Virus record (IMG/VR): IMGVR_UViG_3300032050_010539
Length of the DNA: 64,000 nucleotides
DNA from: a virus
Direction: 5' to 3' (one strand)
Shown piece by piece: positions 7,949-16,900 of the stretch (positions are counted from its first letter, which is position 1; every line of letters begins with the position of its first letter). A program made the position numbers and the translations under genes. A model generated the notes under the pieces. It ran no database searches. It was given only the letters and a program-made list of their open reading frames with translations, and was not told the DNA's origin.

Positions 7949-10900
7949 AGTAACTCTCACTCTCATCTCGATAGGCCATACTATTAGGACGATCTACTGT
8001 TAGGTCGCTCATGTAGAGGGCGTCATAGGTGTCGTATTCATCACCATTGAATATAGTTTGTACGAAGAACTCAACAGGGGAGCCCGTGTCATCTACGACC
8101 TCGGTTTCAGCATTATCCTCTCGTTCCATGCGAGCTCGATTCATACCTTCTTGAGTAGCGCGTATACCAGCACTAACAGCGTCTAGAGCCGCGGGGGCTA
8201 CACTACGCTGCATACTGACCTCTAACCCACGATGAAGTAACTTATTTACGAAGCCTGCTGATACGAGACTCAATGCCCCCGTGATGACGTTGCTAGCTAC
8301 ATTACGCAGGCCCGCGAATGGGTCAGAGTCTATTGTGGGCGCCTTACCGAGTGTCTTCTCTACGAATGGGTTGATAATATAGCGGCCTGCGAGTTGAGCT
8401 GTTGCGCCAAAGGCTATCTCCTGTGCTAGTAGCATACCGACACCAATTGTATAGTCCTCGTGTAGTTGACCTGCTAGGCGGCCCTTGAATCCCATACTCA
8501 TCAGAGTACCTGCAGCGAAACGTCCCATCTGGTTACCTGCTGGGGCGCTTACGTAGGCCATAGCGCCTAGCATATTACCCATAGTCTGCTGCATTGCCTC
8601 GGGGCGGGCTCCGCCACTACTAATCATATCTCCTGCCAGTGCCATTAGGGGGAATAGAAGTACATCCATTAGATTACCGGCAGTATTGTTAAGAATAGGT
8701 AGATCATCTGCTACGCGTAAGAGGGGGCGGTCTGGTCGCGGGCGAGGGTCTAGTGGGTCTACATCAGGGGGTGAGCCGGCCAGTAGATAGTCGCGCCGAC
8801 GAGCTGATAACTCCTTAGCTCTATCTGGGGCGACCCCCATATCCTGTAGCAGTTTTATATAGCGCGTATCGACGTCACGGCTCTCATAATCTCGTAGCTC
8901 CTCTACTAGTCTATCGGCTGTATCTACCTGCTGACCTAGTGCTGTAGCGCGAACATAAGTAACTAATCGACTAGTGGCTGTCTCATCTGTGAGAACTGTC
9001 TTCTGAATAAATTCTGCTATCTCCTTATCAGCTGGGCTAGGGGTACCGCTATTGAGTAACACACTAAAGATATCTGCTATTTCATAGCGCTTACCATCAG
9101 CGTGAGTGAAGGTATCCATAAGAGACTCGAGGGCCCGTGTTACCTGCTCAGGCTCGTTTATCTTCCCGGCTGATACAGCCTGTAACAGTGATCTAACTAG
9201 CGGACTAGCTCCTGAGCCAGTAAGGTCACCAGCGGTAGTAATCAGATCCTGACCGAGTACATCCTCTAGTTGTCCTCCGTATAGTGTGGAGCGGGTACTA
9301 TCATTAATAGCGAAGCGCAGTAGTTTACTGCCATCAGTATTAGCCCAGAGTGATGCACTCTCCCTACTACGTAGGAAGTTCATAGCTAATATACGCTTAG
9401 TATCCGTACCCATATCCTGGAAGCGCTTATCTCCTATTACATCACGAGTGAAGTTCTGGAACTCTTCTACTTCTATCTCCATCTCGGTGAGGCCATTAGT
9501 GATGCCGCCTGCTATGAGAGTATCTATCTGAGCGGCCCGCGCGGGCTCACTATTTATGTAGGTCTCTACACTCTCTGCTAGGCCTCTACCAGAGCTAATG
9601 GGGTTACCTGCCTTATCGGTTGGCATAGCCCGCTCGAAGGCGAATACAGCCGTCATACCTACTAGGTCCTGACGTAGTTGATAACTGGCTATGAGGGCGC
9701 GGCTATGAGTACCTATTTCATCTCCTCGCAGTACGCTCAATCGACGAGATAAATCTAACTGCTCAGTTTCTCCAATGGATAGCTTAGTCAGCAGATCATT
9801 AATCTTAGAGTCCTGGGCATCATTAGTAGCTGATGCCAGTAATTCTTTATGAGCCCCTATATACGCATCTAACTTGAATAGAGGAGTTATAGATGGTAGT
9901 AGTCTACTCATATCATCTACTACACGCTGGCGCTCCACATCATCGACAGCATCTACAAAGCGCTTATGGTACTGCGATAAGTTCTCTAGGAACTCAGCAC
10001 CCCCCATCTTAGGCTTAATAGCGTCCCGCAGCATTTGCTGTATCTCTTGTAGGAATGTGCCTACCTCGCCTACCTCTGTTCTACTCTGGCGGGCCAGTCT
10101 CTGTATATCCACTATCTTACTATCGGCCTCTAGGTTAACATCACTCGCGCTCATGCCTCCTGCCATACCCTGATCGATTAGTATACGACGCATGTCATCC
10201 TGTAGGGCCGAGCTATTCTCTAGTGCGTGAGACACAGCCATGATGGGGGAGCGCTCGTATAGCATACCCACGGTAGTGTTATACGTCTTACCGAGGATTA
10301 CACTACCTGCCTGGCCCAGTACCTTCTGCATCATATCGAATTGGCCGCCGCTCATGACACTACCATCAGCGCGCTTCATGTACTTGCTGAGATTATCGCG
10401 GGCATTAACAGCAGTTAGTTTATGCAGGAAGTCATAGGCCTTCTCTTCCTGATCATTACCTGTAGCGCTCAGGATATCATGTAGACTAGCCCGCACGAAT
10501 GGCCCCGTATCAGGGTTATTAACAAGATCGGTTAGTATGTTCTGATCCGTAGAGGTAGATAATCTATTGACTATATCAACTGCACTATCAGTTCTGCTCT
10601 GCTGTATTAATTCTAATAAGGGCTCATGGGCCGGCTGTATACGCGCGTATACGTCCTCCATCATACCGAAGAGACCGCGGGACTGTTCTACTAATACCAG
10701 GGCATGTTCTATACCTCGCTGTTCCAGCATACCCTTATCTAATTTCATATAGCCCGCTACCCAGCTATACACTGAGTCGGTATACTCATTCCAATTAGCA
10801 TTAGTGGCTACCTGCTGTATAGTATCCAGTAGAGCACTGGCACGCATATCTAGGTCATTAGCTTGCTTCTCTAGAATGGTGCGCTTAGCGGGATCAGCAG

Positions 10901-13900
10901 CCTGAGATGCCATCTCCCGCCGCTCCTTAGCGCGTTCCAGCATATCATCACGCTGCAACTTCATCTGAGAGTAATTGAAGAATATAGCGCTGAAGGTATC
11001 CCCGTCGAAGTCCCCTAGGTTACTAGTTATAAAGCTGATGGGATTAAGTAGAGTCAACGACTTATTACGAGTATCATCAAAGAAGTTAAAGCCACTGCCA
11101 GTTAGGTCCCGGTATATGTTATTGATACTATTGAGCGTATCTAAGCCGAACACCAGCTTATCGAGATGGGTGTTCCCAGGAGGCGGGCTACGTTGAATCC
11201 AGGCTCTTGTTAACTCTAGCTCAGTGAAGAACATACTCATATCAGCCTGTAGAGTACTATTCATTATGAGTAATGAATCGCGCGCCGCACGATTAGCCAT
11301 TACTGTATCTAGTTCCACTGCATAGGCAGCGTTTGCATCACTTACCAGCTTCCTATACTGAGCTATGAGAGCTACACCTCTATTATGTAAATCAGTGCCC
11401 CGCGGGCTCTTACCTTCTAAATACGTATCTACAGCAGAGGTCACGGCATTAATAGTTCTCTCTAGACTATCTAGTCTAGTAGAGAATGTATTCAGCATCT
11501 CAGCACCATCCTTACCACGCGTATCGCTGAAGAAGGATAGGTCTATGGGATTCTTACGTATACGGCCCTGTAGTAGATCCAGGTTATCAAACCTATTACC
11601 TAATGCATTAGTGTCAATGTAGATCCGCATATTATCAGGTATGATAGAGCGGGACGGGCCCTGACTACCTATCATGAGCCCAGAGATAATAACAGGTAAG
11701 TGACCCAGATCTCTATACTTATGAGTTTTAGCTCCAGGCAGAGATTCTAATATTGTTCCCATCTCGGCTTCACCTAGAGTAGATATTAGAGAATCCCCGC
11801 TACCGCTGAATTTCATGCTACTGAATCTATCCATCTCAACTTTAATTTCTATCTCTAGTTGAGCGTATTCAGCTGCCTGTGAATCAGGAGCCAGTTTTCT
11901 TATACCGGCTGCTTTGCTCTGGAAGTTCTTACTTTTATCTACTACTGTCTCTAGCCCATACATACCCGCTATACTGAGACCCTCAGTTATAGCGTATATC
12001 TGCTGTTGTATTAACCTGCGACCAATTCTCTTATCACCTGACTGGCTAATAACAGACAGGTTATTCTTAAGATGGTCCCCTAATCTACTAAGTATCTCCT
12101 CTCGTGTCTGACTACCTCGCGTACCAAAGCGCTCCATAGTGGCCTCTGCTAGTACGGCGCCGCGCACAGGTACATACCAGCTAGCGGCCCCTACACCAGT
12201 AGTACCTGTCACACCTATCTTATTACCAGTGATAGACTGCAGATATGCACTCGCCAGGTCATTATAAACGCGGGCCTCATAAGTGTTATTGAGTTCCTGG
12301 AACCGAGTCAACTCCTGTATCTGGAAGTCACTGAGGCCCTCTAGTTCAACAGTAGTCCTCGAGCCAGACTCAATGGCCACCTTCTCGAAGATATCGCGTA
12401 CTGCACTACCGGGGGCCAGCATAATCCACTTATCTACCGTAGCAGCGGCTATCTCATTCTCGTGGCTACCGAACTGGATACCTGCTATCCTCACGTCCTC
12501 AGGACTCAAGATAAATCCCCTATCCTTAATAGTTGTATTGAATACAACGTTATTCCCCTCTATACGGAAGGAGGGGAACTCATAGGCTATACGACGAAGA
12601 CCCTTCTGGCCCATTGACTGCACGGTAGCTTCAGTAGCCTCTACACCCAGTACCTTATCCCCTGCTAGACGCCAGCGAGACGCATGGGCATATACATCAT
12701 TCTTCAGGACACGAAGTGACTGGCGCACTACATTACGCAGAGTATCTCTATCGGTCCCAGCAGGTTGCCCCATCCATGTAGCTATCTCATCAAGTATAGT
12801 ATGAGTAACATTAGTAGTATCGAGGCCCGACCCTCTAGTATATGACACCATGTCAGTATCACTGGCACTCTCGAGTAGAGACAATGCAGTGTGGAACTGC
12901 CTGTATCGTTCGCGTAGATTAGTTATATCACTTAATGGGGCCCGCGCATCGTTATATGCTCCTAGTAGTATCTCTCCCAACGTAGAGTTAGCGTGGAAGT
13001 CCAGACTAGCCAGGTCATACATAGGGATATCATCCACCGCTATTTTATTGGGGTCTGCCCCTATGGCCATCTTCATGACGCCAAGGATAGCCCTACGCAT
13101 ACTATCAACACTACCATCACGCTTGAATTTATCCACGTTAGCCATGAAGGGACTAGATACTATATGCTGCATTTCTAGTTGCGCAGTGTCCTTACTACTC
13201 AATGGCACCTTAGAGCTACTACCCATCACGGCATTATATAGCACTACATAGCGAGAGTAATTACTCAATCTATCGAGCATAACGGCCACGTTCTCCTGGC
13301 CTACGCTTATCTCATCTGCCTGCGTAACACCTGCTATAGCGCTCATAGCCGCATACGCATGACGAGATATACTATCGCTACCAGTCACTGGCGTAGTCTT
13401 GAGCTCTAGGGTATTATTAAGTGACATGAGCTGCATCATAATCTCTAGATTACCGGCTATAGCAGCACGCTCAAAGCCGCGACCCATAGCCCCAGTATCT
13501 ACATAACCCCTGCGCGCTGCATCTGCTGCATCTACTATCAGACCTACCTTATTAGATAGTGCCCCGCTACTAGTTCCACTGCGCAGGGCCATCATTATCT
13601 CTGATATATCAATGGCCCCTAGAACAGGACTCTGTAGTCTATTAATAGCACCATCACCCCCGCGTACTAGCTTCTTACCTATTTCGAGATGAGGGGGGCC
13701 ATCTCCTAGTTTATCATTCCGCATAAGTTCCAGCATAGTAGACATATAGAGGTCACGATAGTAATTACCGAGCCGCCCCTGCGCTGCCAACTGCGCTATC
13801 TCTATATGGACACTGTCTATATTAATATTGCTGCTATTACTAAAGAGACGCGAATCAGTTATGGAAAGGAGAGCGGCCGCTATCTGCTGATCATTCCGTT

Positions 13901-16900
13901 CTAGTACCCCCCGACGGAATAGCTCCCCGCCATTATAGGTAAGTAGAGTAGCCCCGTGGTTGAATGCGTAGCTCTTCAGGTTAGTGGGGCTGATTATATA
14001 CTGGATGTCCTCTATCTCGAGGGCACTATGATAGCCCCCCTGCTGTATAGTGGGGAACACCTCACTACGCATAACGTCCTCGCTCAGGAACACAGGGACT
14101 ATCTTAGCCAGACCGCGCTCTGCCTCTACCCTTCGAGAGCCACCCTCAAGTAGAGTGCGTAGGAATTGTATCTGCACCTGCACCTCATTAGTAGCATCGC
14201 TACCAGTCAGCCTACTGACCTGTAGTAGCTGCTCAATAGCGTACTCGCCTCGTATACCAGCTGCGGCACTAGTAGCCATAGCGGCCCCCATATTAGGATT
14301 ACGGGATGTACTCTCTATCTGGTCTAGGAATACACGCATCTCACTACGACTAGTGATAGCCTGCTTACGGCGCCCCTCTCTATCTAGTAGATAGTAGCGC
14401 TGCTCTCTCTCATCGAATACAATACGGTCATCGCTACTCACCAGTATATTATCGAATGTCCAATCCCGCCCTAGTAGACTAGCCTTACTACTCTTAGTAG
14501 CCTGATCTAGGAAGCCGCGTCTTACCCTATGTAGAGGGTTAGCATACGCGTAGTCACTATAGGCTCCCTCCAGTGCCATAATCATAACAGTAGGACGGGC
14601 CTGTCCAGAGCCTATCAATCCCCGCTCTCTACTAGCGAATAGCTGAGATTGCACTATAGTGGCGCGGAATAACTCGGCCAGTACGCTATCATCCTCAGTG
14701 GGTATATCCTCACTATCGATACCCAGGCGGTCGGCCAATTCATACCGTATAGCCTCTAATTCTACAGCTGCCTCACTACTCATAAAGCGAGATATTCTAC
14801 CACTGAATATAGCACCATAGCGATAGCTATCATCTACGATACTACTATCTAGTCCACGTGCCTCTAACCCGGCGCGCAGGTCAGCTAGGTATGCGTCCTG
14901 ATACATGCTGCCCTGCAGTACATCTACATCGCTACCTCCGTAACGGGCTTGATACCTAACGGGGGTCAACTCAGGTATGACCCTACCGGTATCAGTGGGA
15001 CTAACTAACTCCAGCACCCGGGTATAACCCTCGCTTATATCCATGAGCGGGCGCATACCAATCACGTTCTTGAGACGCTGAGGCACCTGATCCGGCTTAT
15101 TAGGATCAAAGAAGAACCGGAGTAGATTATCGCCGCGGGCATCGAACTCTGCTTCTAGCAGGGAGCGGTCTATGCCCAAATGGCTCACTGCCTTCATGTA
15201 TTCACTCAGCTCATCTCGTCGTATGATATCTCCCACACCAGTACTGCGTATGATGGATAGGTCGAAGACCTCACTGGCAGTGGCACGGCGAGATAGAGGT
15301 AGCACATTATTATAACCAGTAAAGTACTGGCTCTCATCAGTAGCCGTAGGGCCTGCATTACCTTCAGCAACTCGTACAAAGAGAAAGTCATCGCCTACAC
15401 CAAGATCAGATACCGGACCTACAGGCAGTGGGCTGGCAGTATAAGCAAAGGCACTCAGGTTACTAAAGGTAGTCTCATTAGCCTTAATACGACGTAGTGC
15501 GGCATTAACTATAGATATACCAGCGGGCTGCCTATCCTGACCAAAACCGTAGGCTAGTAAGCGATTACTTGCTTGTGTAGAACCATAATTACGAGCCTGT
15601 GTAGGGGTAAGGAACGCGGCGAATGCACTATCATGTATCTCCTTTAACCTCTCGCGCGCATCAGTCTTATAGCGACTATCATTCTGGGATTCGATAAACT
15701 TGAATAACACATCAGCGAACATAGGGCCCTGATCCATAATCTCATATAGCTTATTAGCAGCAAGATTAAGGGCCCCTCTGCGGTGTGCCTCTAGGTCTAT
15801 TATGGGCTGGCCTCTTTCATCTGCAGACCGCGCATAGGTAAGAAATATGTTAGATAGTTCCTCGAAGGCCACTCTACGGCGGCTATCAATACGAGATATA
15901 CCCGCTAGGTCTCGTATACGATCTAGATCGGGGTCACTAGAGTAAAACAAGGAGGTCAGGTTACTGAGGCCCTGCTGTACTCTACTAGTACCCTCGTCCG
16001 TGGTTAGGTCAAGACCACTCACGCCCAATAGCTTCTCGAAGAAGTTCATGGCACTCTGATACTGAGCGCCAGGGTCGCGCTGTACGGCTTGGGCAGCGCG
16101 TATATTATCAGGGCTATAGTACCTCTGGTACTCTATAAGTGGGGCCCGCACTAAACGAGTAGTCTCACTCTCTAACGCAATAGAGCTCATGAGACCCACT
16201 ACTACATCCAGTGGATTAAGGCGCAGGCGTCTACGGGGATCCAGACCCACACCAAGACCATCACGTTCTATAGCCAGCTCCATACGCATTGTGCCAGTAT
16301 TGAACAGCTCAGCTGACTCTATCTGACGACCCCCGCTTATATCTATGAAGGCGGCGGGCCCCTGTCCACTAGCGTTCTTATAGGCACCCCATCTATATAC
16401 ACGCTGAGTAGGTAGGCCCTTATTGAGCGTTAGAGTAGCGCCCTCTAGGTTAAGACCATCGTAGTCTCGCTGTACGCCTATGACCTCAGAGCCTACAGCC
16501 GCGTTAACTCTCTCTATTTCGTTGATTAGGTCCAGTATGGCTCCTCTATCTACTCTATTACCGTACATAGACCTACGGTCCCGTTCACTATAATGAGTCT
16601 CACCTATTCGTTGTATTCCCAGGGAGCTCTGTAATTTATAGAAGGCCCGCGCGTATTCTCTATTCTCCTCATTACGCTCCTCATTAGAGAGACTGAGAGG
16701 GCTTGTACCCCCCACCCTATCGTAAATTATATTGATCTCCTGGTTAACGAATTGGCGGCTCAGGGGATCATCATTATCTGCCAGAGAATTAAGACCATAG
16801 TTACTAGATCCCTGGCTACCACCCAGGATATCGAAGGCCTGGCGATTGTTTATATTCTGCATGTCAGGCCCGGCCCCTTGATTTATGGCGTCATTCTCGT

